Of a stretch of 64,000 nucleotides of DNA, positions 28,851 through 43,142 are shown one piece after another. The DNA is from Octopus vulgaris (lineage: Eukaryota), in NCBI GenBank assembly GCA_951406725.2, contig OX597832.1:12896001-12960000 (forward strand), read 5' to 3'. Positions within the stretch are counted from its first letter, which is position 1. The number at the start of each line of letters is the position of its first letter. The translations under genes were made by a program, and so were the position numbers. The notes below the pieces were generated by a model that worked only from the letters and a program-made list of their open reading frames with translations, was not told where the DNA came from and did no database searches.

Positions 28851-29404
28851 CCTAGAGTAGAAATAAAGATGCTGAAAAGGGTTAATGATGACGTGACATT
28901 ATTAATAAAAGTAAGTAGATGTCAAATTTGTGAGGTTGTGTTCATCGATGTTGGGAGACTAATAGTTTCTTATTTTAACAGCTTATGAGAAAGAAAAAAA
29001 CAGATTTCTCTTGCTTTAAGGTTAATAAAACTACCTAGTGCAATTGTTTTCTCTGCTTTAGAGGCGAATACTGAGTTTCAATAAGTATATAGATAATATG
29101 AAAATGTTTCAGTAACGCGTCAATAGTCAAGAATTCTTACAGTGTGTGTGTGTTTATGTGTGTAGTAAGGCTTCAACAAGTATAAAAGCACTCGAGCAGC
29201 ATGAAGATAATTTTAAATTAAAAAACCACTAATCTTGTAAATACAACTATCCAGGATTTCCTGGTCAAAATAATAAACTATTCCGCCATTTATCAAGCTA
29301 GAAACAATACCGTTTGTCAGTTGATTTTTGAGTAGATAACGTCAAGATTTATACGCAGTCTTGTTCCTGTAATTTATTTAAACAAATGTTAGAGTTGAAC
29401 AATT

Positions 29405-30165
29405 ACGTAATCTTCCGACATGATCTCCTTGCTTTTCGATGCTTTTTTCCAGCAGTTCACAAGCTTGCTTATTCTATCGAATAATGCTGATCGCGCAGCC
29501 TTTCATGTACCGCTTCATGCATCTTTTTTCAATGCAAAACGAGCGGTTCGGAGAGGTGATAGTCGAAAGGGGCAAAATCTAGGGTTTATGCAGAAGTTAC
29601 CAGAATCTTGAAACCCAGTTTTTCAATGCTTTCAACGGTGTGGTCGGTGTTATGTGGGCGTGCACTGCCGTGCAAAAATACCGCTTAATTTCACAACAGA
29701 CCTCGGTGTTTGGCGGGAATCGCTGGATTCTGTTTGCTTACCAGTTTCTCACTGTAGCCTACACTGAACCCCCTTTTGCAGATAATGTTCCACTAACGGA
29801 CAGTTAACATCACTTTCTCTGCGGAAAGTTAAGTCTTGGATTTAATTTACACTGGCGATTCCGGATGTTTCCTTCATACCCTGCCTTTTGAATTCTGGCT
29901 CAAAATGAAGGACCTAGGTTTCATCTCCTGTGACTATTCTCTCCAAAAGAGCATGGCCTCTAACGCTGTAGCGGCCTAGTGAGCGTTGCCAGCCAAGATG
30001 CCGTATTTATTATGTAGCACAATTGGGATTACTGGAACGATAAAAATCAAATCTCGGTTACATCACCACAAGAGTATCACATGTTAGTACGCGAGCGCTG
30101 AAAGCAGTGTGGTCAGCCTGAAGAAGGTTTTGTCGAAGGTGCTGATATTTTTTGACTTCCCTGGT
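29405..30165 (-). mobile_element. Decayed mariner transposase remnant
   Basis: Minus-strand fragments LERIVTGDET*VLHFEPEFKRQ, HGSARPH (HDNARPH-like), DFAPFDYHL, and a frameshifted KLVNCWKK..IEKQGDHV. Ends approximate. Confidence 0.8.
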
Positions 30166-30351
30166 ACATTTAATAACATTAGTTCTGATATGAAATATTA
30201 CGTTACAATGTCTGAATTTTAGTTCTTCAAATTTAAGGGTAGGTATATAAAACAATATGGTCAGGCATTTTTTTTACTTAAAATGAAATAAATATATTCA
30301 TCATACATGTATTTGAAATTATTATCTCCCAATATGCTAATGAGCGTAGGG

Positions 30352-30399
<48 letters not shown>

Positions 30400-30466
30400 A
30401 CTACAGTCATTAAGATATTAGTAGATAATCATTTCAAATACATGCATTATGAATATGCTTTATTTC

Positions 30467-30516
<50 letters not shown>

Positions 30517-30691
30517 TACACAAATTGAGATAGGGGTTGTAAGTGCAACCCTCCATGGGATAACATATAACTGATATACTGCTAGTGAAGCACCCAACGA
30601 AGTTAATACATAAATGTTAAGAACTGCGATGCAGTTAATCCATTTACTGTATTATATGGGCAAAGGTAAAATGTTTTACCACAAATTAATA

Positions 30692-30805
30692 ATACAAAAT
30701 AAGAAAATGGAGAAACACATCTTAATCAATGATCAACTAACAGATAATTGGGTATTATCTGGTAGTTGATTATTGATTAAGATGTGTTTCTCCGTTTTCT
30801 TATTT

Positions 30806-30810
<5 letters not shown>
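30692..30810. repeat. Fold-back hairpin (57-bp arms, 5-nt loop) ending a ~280-nt insert in (TA)n
   Basis: ATACAAAATAAGAAAATGGAGAAACACATCTTAATCAATGATCAACTAACAGATAAT-tgggt-reverse complement, with 3 mismatches. Confidence 0.85.
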
Positions 30811-30876
<66 letters not shown>

Positions 30877-31237
30877 CACGAATTACTCCGGACGTGGACG
30901 AGGAGAGTAAATTTACAATTCAGTGAAGGAGAAGTAGTGAGAGTAACATCCCCGACTGAGGGAGACAGTGTGAGAAAAATCAGCGTTTCAACTCTATGTG
31001 TGCATGTGTGTGCATGTACAAGGGAAGTAAGTGAATGTTTTTATGCGTAATTATATAGAATACTACAATCAGTCGTCATTATTGACGGCAGGTGGTCCGC
31101 TAGTATATTATAATTAAACTTCATAGTATTTAGCTACCAGATAATTAAGCGTAAATTTCGTATAAATTAACTGCACGTATTTAGCTTGATCGAGATTTTT
31201 AAAAAAAGCAGAATTAGTATTGCTGTGATTAATATGC

Positions 31238-31445
31238 CGAGCTGGAAGAACAGTTGGCATTCCAGTCAAAATGCTTAGCAGCCTGTAGTCTGTCTTTATG
31301 TTTTAGGTTCATATTCCTCCTAGGAGAACGTTGCCTTTTATTCTTTCGGCGTCAATAATATAAATACATGTTAAGTACTGGAGTCGATATAATCGACTTC
31401 CCTTTCGCTCAAAACCTACTGTTTCTTTGCCAAAATTTCAAATAG
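31238..31445 (+). mobile_element. SINE family A, diverged
   Basis: Degenerate head, core and tail are recognisable. Confidence 0.65.
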
Positions 31446-31938
31446 TTATTAATATTGTGATTCATAAAGTACTTGAGTTTTTCCTAGAAAGTAGTTGAAT
31501 CTTTTTTGTAAATGTTAAGTATATTCAACTTAGTTTAAAGTTCTTATACAAAAAAGGTAACCTTATTACTTCATTGTCAAAAACCTTTATAAATACCAGT
31601 GAATGATAGCATAAATCTATAGAACTAAAATTATGGTTATTTTGTGATATCGAAACTACCCAAGTAAAATATTAGCTAAAGAATGTTGCGTTATTATCAC
31701 ATATTGTTTGACGAAATAATTCCGAGCTATCTGTTGCCCATGTCAAAATATCTCCTCCACTATTTCTGCTATAAGATGCAGTGGACTCATAGTTCAGTGC
31801 CTGAGCAATATCTTATGACTTCATCGGAGCCTCGTACTCAACAAGCACTTCCTACAGAAGTGCATATATATTGGGTTCTACATAAGATTATTAGTCATTG
31901 CCTAAGCGAAATATATACATATACAGAAACATAGACAC

Positions 31939-32022
<84 letters not shown>

Positions 32023-32374
32023 TGCGAACGGCTGATTATATAGACATAATTAAAAACAAAACAGATTTAGTATTGATAGAAAGAAAATGTTTAACATTGT
32101 TAGTCATACACAGACGTATCGCAATGGGTGTAGAGTCTAACCGCATTAAACTCTCTAAATCTATTAATTATGGATGAAATTTTCGGCACAATACTAGTAA
32201 AGAAGTCGGTTAGATCGATCTCAGTGTTTAGTTTCTACTTATTTTATCGACCCCGAGAGTATAGAAAGTAAAATAGACTCCGGCAATATTTGAACTCTAA
32301 ACGTTAAGTAAGAAAAAATGCTTTTACTTATTTCTTCCGACACAGTAAGCCTTTCTAAGTACATTAATAATACT

Positions 32375-33010
32375 CTATTCTACTTTAGGCACAAGGCCCG
32401 AAATTTTTTGTGAGAGGGCCAGTCGATTAGATCGACCCCAGTACGCAACTGGTACTTAATTTGTCGACTCCAGTACGTAACTGGTACTTAATATGTCGAC
32501 CCCTAAATGATGAAAAGCAAAGTCGACATCGACGGAATTTGAACTCAGAAAGTAAAGACAGACGAAATACCTATTTCTTTATTACCCACAAGGGGCTAAA
32601 CATAGAGGGGACAAACAAGGACAGACATAGGTATTAAGTCGATTACATCGACCCCAGTGCGTAACTGGTACTTAATTAATCGACCCCGAAAGGATGAAAG
32701 GCAAAGTCAACCTCGGCGGAATTTGAACTCACAACGTAGCGACAGACGAAATACCGCTAGGTCTTTCGCCCGGCGTGCTAACGTTTCTTATTGCTATATT
32801 TCCCACAAGGAACTAAACATAGAGGGGACAGAAATGGGATTAATTCGATTATATCAACGCTAGTGCGTAACTGGTACTTAATTTATCGACTCCGAAAGGA
32901 TGAAAGGCAAAGTCGACCTCGAAGGAATTTGAACTCAGAACGTAACGGTAGACGAACAGTCGCTAAGCATTTTGCCCGGCGCGCTAACGTTTCTGTCAGC
33001 TCGCCGCCTT
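32375..33010 (-). mobile_element. SINE family A trimer with 17-bp target-site duplication
   Basis: Three units; AGTACATTAATAATACT at 32358-32374 and 33011-33027. Confidence 0.9.
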
Positions 33011-33971
33011 AGTACATTAATAATACTGAGAGGTTACAGGGTATGCGATTGTTAAACGGTTTTAAATGTAAAAACCATAGACAGGAAAGTAAACCAGTGG
33101 TTATAATCTGTCCAGCGAGTAGGTTATCTCTGCTTTGCAGCGGATGAAGTATTGTTTTAAATGATCACAATGGCCAATGCTAATTAATAATGGGTGGGAT
33201 ACGTTCGGAATTTTATAAACTTCTAATGGCTATTATCAACGTAAGAGCTGAGTGATTGCTCGAATCAGAAACTGAAATTATAAAGATTAACGAAATTTAG
33301 AAGATTACCGAGAGCCTACTTCTAATTCAGTGCATTAATCACCTTAATGCTTCTGATATTAGATTCCAACTTAAGAATAAGGTTTGGAAAATTACAAAGT
33401 AATTGCAATGCCTGGTGTCTATGCTATTTAGGATGGGATAGTAACCATATATTTGTATTAGCTTGACCTCAACGTCCAGTTCAAGAAAATAGCGAGTAGG
33501 ATTTCCCATATAGATTCTCACTACAATAATACTAACAATGTATAAAGTGTGTCTGTGCGTTTGTGTGTATCTAGTGTTGCTTGTATGTGTCTGTGTATGT
33601 ATGGATGAATGAATATATACACCCATATATATATATATCAATTAACCAATGATTAATGAGCAGGAGATTCGCAATCTTTACCACCTAACAAATGATTCTG
33701 CTATATAAATGAAGCAGTACACTTAGAACTGGATGCTTGTCCGAGTAAGCAGAAGTATGTGGCACAAGCTCCCTACCCTAACTGCATACATCATAGAGCA
33801 GATAGAGATGTAAACCAATCAAAGTGATTATGTAACTCCTGTTTTTTTTTTCTTTGTCATTCCCTGAATTTGCAATCCGTACTCTCCTAAAGCTTTAGTC
33901 TAATGCGCAAGTATTTTGAGACTGGTTATCATACCTCTGTATCGAAACGAAGTCTCTCTCTCTCTCTCTCG

Positions 33972-33981
33972 ATATATATAC

Positions 33982-34030
<49 letters not shown>

Positions 34031-34037
34031 TAAATAT

Positions 34038-34070
<33 letters not shown>

Positions 34071-34143
34071 ACACATATGTATATATATGTATATATATAT
34101 ATGTACATAAATATATATATATATGTACTTATATATATATGTA

Positions 34144-34199
<56 letters not shown>

Positions 34200-34230
34200 T
34201 AATATATATATATATATATATGTATACATA

Positions 34231-34261
<31 letters not shown>

Positions 34262-34283
34262 GTACATATATATATGAGTGTGC

Positions 34284-34317
<34 letters not shown>

Positions 34318-34385
34318 TAGAGAGAGAGAGAGAGAAAGAGATTGCGAGATAGATAGATAGCTAGATAGATAGATAGATAGATTGA
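33972..34385. repeat. Compound (TA)n/(GA)n/(GATA)n microsatellite
   Basis: Directly visible. Confidence 0.95.
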
Positions 34386-35630
34386 TGTTTCAAATTTTAG
34401 TTCTAAGCAATATAGTAATATGTTTTAATATTTGATATTTAAAAAATTCACATGCAATTTTTAAAATATTATTCTAGTGGGTACTTTGTAGCATCTATTC
34501 GCATGCGCTCTGGTGTTAATTTTGATTGTAACTTGGGATTCATTCACTCGTCAGATTTATCCCGATCACTTAGAAACTGAATTTTTGTAACAGATAAACT
34601 CCGTTACAAATATTCAGAAGAGTTTTCTCATATGAGATAGCAATTCTATAACTTCTTCTAATCACGAAGTGTCTTATGAGCATCTTGTGCGTAATGAATA
34701 AAGAGAACCAGGAAGTGCAGTTTATTTTCCATAATATTTCATGTGAAGTGTTTTTGAGTCCTATATGCCTCTTGGCTTACTTTAACTTTTAAAACTTTTA
34801 AGTATTACGATTTTAACTTTAACTTTAATTATAACGTTGTGCCTCTGCAGGCTGAATTCTTTTCTAACAAATATGGCATCGACAAAAAAGCAGACAAGCA
34901 ATCTTAAACAATCTGGTATTGATACTGATATTGAATAATACTATAGCTTTAGCGATGATGCGATGCTGCTGGAAATTCGAAGAATAAATTAACAATGTTC
35001 TTTTTTATATATATAAATAGTTATTCTTCAAAAGATTGAAGATTTTTTTCTCGATATTGCCATGGCTCATTTTCCAATTCATATTTATTTCATTCTTATT
35101 ATCCAGTGGTATGATAATACGTTATTTTTGTTTCCGAAATTAGCAATGTCTAATCCTCGATAGCACTTATAGACCGAAATGTTGGAGCGAAACTTTGGAG
35201 AGTCGGGGGAAATGACTTGCGGCTATTTGTTACAGTTGTTGAAGTTCCGAGTTCAATTCATGACTCAGTCAAATCTCTTGAACGGTTGTTTGCAAGTAAT
35301 AGATTTCTCCAGCCAGTTCTCACGTAGACATTTATATTCTTAAAGGCTTGTTGATGAATGCAGGTGGTCAGCGAGACTTCAGGCCGTTCACGCTTAATAT
35401 GGACTACGGTTAGTGTAAGTTAACATTCACTGAAATCAAAATTATTTATTCTAAGTGTCAAAACAGATGTCTTGAAGTATTTTTCTTGAAGAAATATTTC
35501 GTTCACCGCAGATTTTCAGTTACGGGCTGATTTCCAGTTACCCAAAATATGAATCTATAATTTAGCGAGAGAATTATGTTCAAATTGTGCCTCTTCCTTA
35601 TAAATATGATTCGCCTATATATATACATAG

Positions 35631-35768
<138 letters not shown>

Positions 35769-36950
35769 GACATATTTATAACGGTTCTTGTTTCATGTAA
35801 TTTCTCACACAGTATTTATGTGCGCGCGTTTGTAAGAATGTGGGAGAGGTAGCGCAGAAGCCTAAATAATATTATTTTAGTTAAATGAACGGATCATAAA
35901 ATTTAAGTACTTTTATAATTTTAGTCTGACTAAATATGAAATAATTTCAGTTTATATTAAATAAACTTCTTTTATTTGTACATGATACTTTAGCCAGTCT
36001 GTATATGACCCATAACAATGATAAATACGTGATTCGAAATCAGAAAAGCAATTATAGTATCATAGTAATATCCCCTCAGGGTATCTTGCTCGACGCTCTA
36101 ACAGTTATGCCAATCTTTCATCAGTTGTTGTTCAAATATGTAGAGGTTTCTACTGAAAGGAAAATATCATAAACTAATCACATCCCACAAACTTGAGGCC
36201 TTGTGGCTCTATTAGAAACCATTATCAACGATAGTACAGTGATGGATAGCAGAGTCAAAGACAGACACAAAATACTTCACAGTAATAAGTTATTTCCTTT
36301 TATCTTGTAAATTCAAATCCCACCGCGGGACGGCTTTGCCTTTGATCGCTACAGCAGCAATAAAATACTTACTAGTCAGGTATGATGGTTGATGCAATCG
36401 ATTATGCCTTCTAGTAACATGTGTGGCATTGGATAGTAGTATTAGAGATCTATATTATCGACAAGTATAATCGAAATGCCAGCTCAATCCAGGTGGGATT
36501 TAAAATCAGAACGTATAACCAGTTAACAATTGCTGCAAGGCATTAATTTCAATCTTCTGTTTCGGTCTAACAGCATTCTTTAAAGTTCGCATGTTACCAA
36601 AGTTTATTTTCGTCAGCTAATATCCTCAGAGATGCTGATAAGGGAGGTATAACGAGCGAAGCTATCGTAGGAATCCACTAATACCTGGAAAATACGTACA
36701 CATATATACATTTTTGAAAATAATTTATTAATCCACATAATGCACCGAAGAGCTTGCAAATGCTCTGGGTGTTGCTCCTCCTTTTGACACACTTATAAAA
36801 AAATATTTGAATGTGTTGCACTATATTGCTATACTAAGTGAATATTAACACATTTCTTCAAGTAAATATTAATTTTTTGCATCAATTTCTATATCAAGTC
36901 TTATAGATTGCCATATTAAATTCCCTATGTATGTGTACATACATACATAC

Positions 36951-37031
36951 ATTATATTATATTATATTATATTATATTTTATTATATTTATTATATTATA
37001 TTATATTATATTATATTATATTATATTATAT
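36951..37031. repeat. (ATTAT)n pentanucleotide repeat
   Basis: Directly visible. Confidence 0.93.
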
Positions 37032-38589
37032 CATATATATTTCTTCATATCCATACAGTCACGATTATATAGTAAATATAAAAGCCGTGCATACATCTTT
37101 GTGTGCCTACTTTGTAAGAGTAAGTTCGCTTCTGATTTATGAGCGAAGATTATATGTGTGTGTATTTATCTGAGTGCCATATGTCTCTCCATATATGTAT
37201 GTACAAATATAAGCGTATATGAACATAGGAATATACGTGTGCATGAATGTATATAACAGCTGTGTGTGAGAGTTTGAATATGTATGCTTAGGGGAATTAA
37301 ATTTAATTTATGTTGAGTGGTTCCATGTTCACAGATAAATATCAGCCCAGAAAATAAAAATTAATACCTTATACTGCCTAATTCCATTCAAATTACTTGA
37401 AATAGTTCAAAGTGCACTGTGTATTTCTTGATAAGATTTGCTTTATGACTTTGTATGGCCTTAAGTCAGAGACAGAATTAAATCGCACAGGATTTCCATC
37501 CACTTACAGATATGTGATACAACATTTCATATAACTCTTCATTCTGTGTGTTTAGTTGATGTAGTTAATGCATTGTTCTCCACGTCATATGTAATTTAAT
37601 AATGGCAGGATATATCATAGCCGAGGCTCGAATTACTAAACATATGAACAAGCAGTGACACACGTACTCATACGTACGCACAAGCACACATACAAAAATA
37701 TACAAGCGTACCATAAATTCGCATACACAAAAGGAAAAAAAAATGCTTCAGTTCGATATTAGATTTAGAGTTTTCATTTACCTCCCGGATGTTTACCTAG
37801 CACAATCAGTTAATATTGATATATATTTCGTCACGAGTGTGATGAACATGAATGAGATAAATATGAATGAGCATATATAGTCGACCATTTTAAGATGAGA
37901 CTATATTATTAGTTTCTGCCTGAAAGGGAGGAAAAATTCAAAATCTTTATAAAATGTTTTCTCTTATATACATAATTTTTTTTTTTACATTTTCTCTGTA
38001 AAAAACGTTCATTCAATATGCATTTACTAAAACCCAAACACAGACGTGCGAAAATACATTGGCATTTACATATATATATAGATATACATCCATACATCCA
38101 TATATAGGTATACACTGTAAATTCATGTATACGCGTGTATATATATATACGTGTGTATATAATTATACGCGTGTAAATATATACATATATATATACATAC
38201 ATGTATGCATATATATATATATATATACATTTATATGTACAAATATATGCATATGTATACAAACATATCACTATTCTTTATATACATATAGACATGCATA
38301 CATAAGTACATATATATATGCATGCATACATTTATATTTAACTATATACATATACACACATACACACACAAACACACAAACATGTATATATATATATATA
38401 TATATACACGCATACATACCTTAATATTTACATACATACATATAAATAAACACATTTATACATATATATATATAAATATATGTTTATACATATATATATA
38501 TATACGTATATTTATACAGATATATATATAATTTTATATGAATATATATATGTGTATGCATATGTACATATATATATGCACACACACAC

Positions 38590-38638
<49 letters not shown>

Positions 38639-41407
38639 CTTTTGTAGGATTCATTTAAATAAAGTTACATTAACATTACCCAAGCGATGGTCGAGAGCCA
38701 TACATCCGTGTTTATACCGTATACAAACATGCCCGTATATATCCATGCAGAAATTGATATACTGATATACTTATTTATATATGTACATGGACACATCAGT
38801 TAACACATACATATGAATAAAGACATACATGAAATAATATGGCCATACACGCCAGCATGCAGTTTAATGATCCAGTGTAATTCCAGATCCAACATATGGG
38901 GAGGTTCGACATATAACGTTTCTGTAAGGAAAGTTTGAAGAAATTTAAGGTTCCCTGCAGCTGTTTCCACCTAGTTTTTTTTAATGAATAATTTGGTTGT
39001 ATCATGAAGAAAGGAATAAAATTTAAAAATTTGGTTCGAAGAAAAAATTACAAGATTTCGAATGTTGATTGATCCTCTTATTTCGTCACCATTGAAAAAT
39101 GTGAAAACATATCGAGATTTGGCCCCAGGAGCATAAATAATCAACAGACAATACCATCCATTTAAATAATTATTTGTTGATTGTCTTATGACCCATAATC
39201 AACATTCCAGAATCTTTGTATTTTTTCCGCTGAAACAAATTTTAAAATTTCATTCACCAGAAGAATGTTTTTTCATGTCTTCATCAATAAAAAATGTGTT
39301 TGAAACGGCTGTAGTTAACCTTGACCTATTTGTGTTCTATCGTCATAATAATGCCAAAGCAATGGCGTATTTAAAACAGTAACTAGTTTATCCATTATTT
39401 AAATTATCAATCTCATGGAAGATCTGTCACTGATCTGGAAGTATATCAAGTACCGATCTGCCGTTTGGTATTACACTGGAGGGAGTATCTTCCAGCCCCA
39501 ACTGTTTCTTAGAATATATATTACATCTGTGCGTTCGACATTGAAATATTTCAGTTCTATAATAGAATGTGGTAAACTATATATAAATATTTCTGTCTTT
39601 CTAACATCAATATTTACATACTGACGTCCATAATTACATTTGAGGCGAACATTCCGAATCTTATGTATAGTATGTTTGGTTACTGTCATCTCCCGATATC
39701 AATAATTCCTATATTAATAGCTGTCGGCCCTGTATGTGCTGGAACTCCCACAATTCTATCAACTATATTGCAATTGGATATTCCTTTTACACGTACTACG
39801 CTTGATGTATTTTAGACATATTTTGTCACAGCAAATCTTCATAAATATATAATCTTCATAAATTTAAATGTTGTTTAGCATTCACGCTCCAGCAAATTCT
39901 ATTTGTTGACGAAATATGCATTAGACTTCCACTTAATATTTGTAAAAATATTTTATCGTTAAAAGAAAAAAGATTATATTTACTATGTTTCAAGTGCATC
40001 ATGGGAAATAATAAAAGGATTCAATCCTATTTTACTATCAATAAACTAAAGTTACTGCCTTGAAATTAATGCAGAATTTATTATCCATCCATGAAAATTT
40101 TAACCGTCAAAACTATATATTATTGCGATAAAACTAAATACATTTCCGAAAGACACCATTATTAATAACAGTTATAAATTTGTACCAAGAAATATATTTC
40201 ACGAAAATAATATAAGCTATACGTTGCATTCTGTAAGAATTATTTTGTATCTTTCCATCATTAACAAGTTGGATAAATAAATAGTTAAATAGAATCACAG
40301 TATTGTATCTCGTTTCTACTGAAAGTGCACGTTGGTCCTCAGCAACTGAAATCTATCACACTGTTTACATAGTTAGGCAGCGTTTACTCTTGCTTGTTGG
40401 GAGCTATTATATCATTCAGTGGTAAGTAAGATATTTGGTTGAAGGAGTTTATTTCACTGAATCCCAAGTTGTTCATATCCGTAAGAACAATTTCTCACTT
40501 TTCAATTATTTATCTAAAATGGAGGTGAGACAGAGATTATTGCTAGAAACTTATTAACCAAAAATCTGGAGCAAGCGAAATATGAACCAAAAACACAATG
40601 CATATAAATATAATTCATGGCTATACACCCTCGAGAACAATGATGTTTGTAACTAAATCAGTCGATATCATGAGAATTATGCTTATTCGCTATAAATATT
40701 TAGTAAACCAGTGGTGTTTTACTCTATACTTGGTTTCTCGGAGTCGATATGTGCAAGTTCTGTTGTAACAATCTCTCCTTCGCTGATAATATATGTCTAT
40801 TTATATATATCCCTTAAAATATTTTTTCTCACATAGCGAGTAAACTTGTTCTGCATGAACAAATGATTTTTAAATATAATTTTTCACGAAAAATATTGAA
40901 GCTTGCTTATTCTTTAGTACATTATAATAACATTACATTTCTAGCATATCACTTAAAATGCAAAGTAAATTTATAAAACCTTATTACTGCCTTAAAAGAG
41001 GTTTCCATGTTGAAAACTGAGTTCTCAATGAAAAAAGAAGCGAGGATATATGCATAGTACTAGTGCAAGCAATATCAAAAGTAGGACATAGTGGAAGAAA
41101 AAGACAAAGAAAATGAGATGGCTGGGATCACATAATTTATATAATGTCCATGAATAAAGCAGACACTCTTGAAGCTAAACTCCTTCACAGTGCATAGAAG
41201 TGAAAGCTTGTGAGAACACTTAAAATGCGTTCACTTTCTTCAGGTGCTTATTAATGCATGCCAATCAAAGAGCAAAATATTTTGTACACGCATTTAAAAG
41301 AGGAAACCACTCACGCCGATGAACATCCCAATGTGATGTTAGAAGATACGAATCGTAACGAATCAATAATAGAGATTTGATGGTTAAGCAGGGATATAAA
41401 GGGTTGC

Positions 41408-41603
41408 AAGACGGTGAGGTGACAGAAACGTTAACACGCCGGGTGAAATGCTGAGCGGTATTTCGTCTGCTGTTATGTTCTGAGTTCAAATTTCGCCGAG
41501 GTCGACTTTCCTACGCACTGGGGTCGATATAATCGTCTTAATCCGTTTGTCTGTCCCTGTTCGTCCTTTCTTTGTTTAGCCCCTTGTGGGCAATAAAGAA
41601 ATA
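41408..41603 (+). mobile_element. SINE family A monomer with target-site duplication
   Basis: Flanked by AAAGGGTTGCAAG and AAAGGGTCGCAAG; core partly deleted. Confidence 0.85.
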
Positions 41604-42968
41604 AAAAGGGTCGCAAGGAAGAACCTAGATGACCAAAACACCGAGAGTAGTAACTTAGGGTAAAGCAGCATAGTAATTTTCATTTTACGTACACTCAGTA
41701 CATCACTGGTGCTGTGTTGTATCAACAGTGGAATGATGAAAGCCAAATATGACATCGATGAGATTTAACTGCGAACCTACAAATAGACGCAACAAATATC
41801 GCAAAAAGTGTTCTTCTGACACACTAGCGATTCAGTTAACCTAACGCCCTCTGAATAAATATTAATTCCTTATATATGCATAAGGTATTAAATTTAAGGG
41901 ATGGCTTCAGGCGATAATATAGAAAAAAAAACTCAGTGTTTGAATGATAAATACTTTTCTCGATACAGGAATGTTGAAAGTCAAAGTTGAAACCGAGTCG
42001 ACATCAAGCTAATTTTCAGTCATCCATGTTTGACAACATGACAATTCCATTCAAGTACTAAACCGACAAAAACAATCGTGTCAAATTTTTCTCCGTTATT
42101 TCACAGTTATTTATATAATTATTGTAATCAGTAGTCAGAGGAATTTTGCCACGTAAAGCTTGATATTGGATTTGTAGTACTATAATTACTAAGTTCTTTT
42201 GATATACGATATGGATATAATGTTGCAGTTTAGCAGATAAAGATACTGAAACCAGAGGTTTTCATGTAGAACACATTAAATTTTGTTCCATAAAAATACA
42301 CACAATATAATTACTAGGAGATTACACACGTATATTCTATGTCTGATAAGGGTCAAGTATTATTGAAATTTATAATTATACATTTATTCGAGTATTTAAA
42401 TTCAACGCTCGACTGTGGGAGATGAAAATAATCATTTCCATCAGTGCCAACATTCCTTATGAAAAGTATTTATCATTAGTTTAGTGTCTGGGGTTTGCCT
42501 ATATAGAAACGTACATATATGTATATATATATGCACATGTTTTATTTATTAATTTATTATATATATATATATATATATACGTTTATGAATCTGTGTTGCA
42601 AGATTCCTGATGACAAACCGTTTGTTAGAACAGATCTTGCATGTCGGGATGATCATTTTTTTTTTGCCGAATAAACACACACATAATATATTCATTCTTC
42701 ACTCACTTGTTACTTTTCTTATTCTAAGTCATACGCATTGTCCGGAATGATGCCTCTTATACCATGATATCTTATTATAGTAAAGCTGTAAAATTATAAG
42801 AGATACAAAAACAAACGCAAAAATTAAAGTATGTTAGAATTTAATTTATTTATATATTTACCTATTGACAATCATACGACCTCAATGACATATATATATA
42901 TATTGTGTTGCCAAATAAACACACGCACTTCATTAACTCTTTTATTACTTATTCTAACTCATGTTCAT

Positions 42969-43013
42969 TGTCCGGAAATCTTTCGTCACACATCTGTAAC
43001 CTCTTCAGAGACA
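42969..43013 (-). ncRNA. Hammerhead-like motif, left arm of an inverted repeat
   Basis: Minus strand: UGUCU-CUGAAGA-G-GUUACA gaug UGUGAC-GAAA-G au U-UC-CGGACA. Core intact; stem I imperfect. Confidence 0.6.
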
Positions 43014-43097
43014 CTTACCGCCTTTATATGTGCTTTTGGTCCTCTTATTTCATTCATATGAAATAAGTGGAACAAGAACAGACACGAATAAGGAAAG

Positions 43098-43142
43098 TTT
43101 CGTTGAAGACATTACAGATGTGTGACGAAAGATTTCCGGACA
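43098..43142 (+). ncRNA. Hammerhead-like motif with C3U change, right arm of an inverted repeat
   Basis: UUCG-UUGAAGA-C-AUUACA gaug UGUGAC-GAAA-G au U-UC-CGGA. Stem I UUCG/CGGA is retained. Confidence 0.5.

Noticed and set aside
32375-33010. Regularly repeated blocks resembling a CRISPR-like array
   Set aside because: These are tandem SINE units in eukaryotic DNA, with no unique spacers and no cas genes.
42597-42642. CTGATGA followed by a CAAAC/GTTTG hairpin
   Set aside because: No GAAA after the stem; reads as a small imperfect palindrome.
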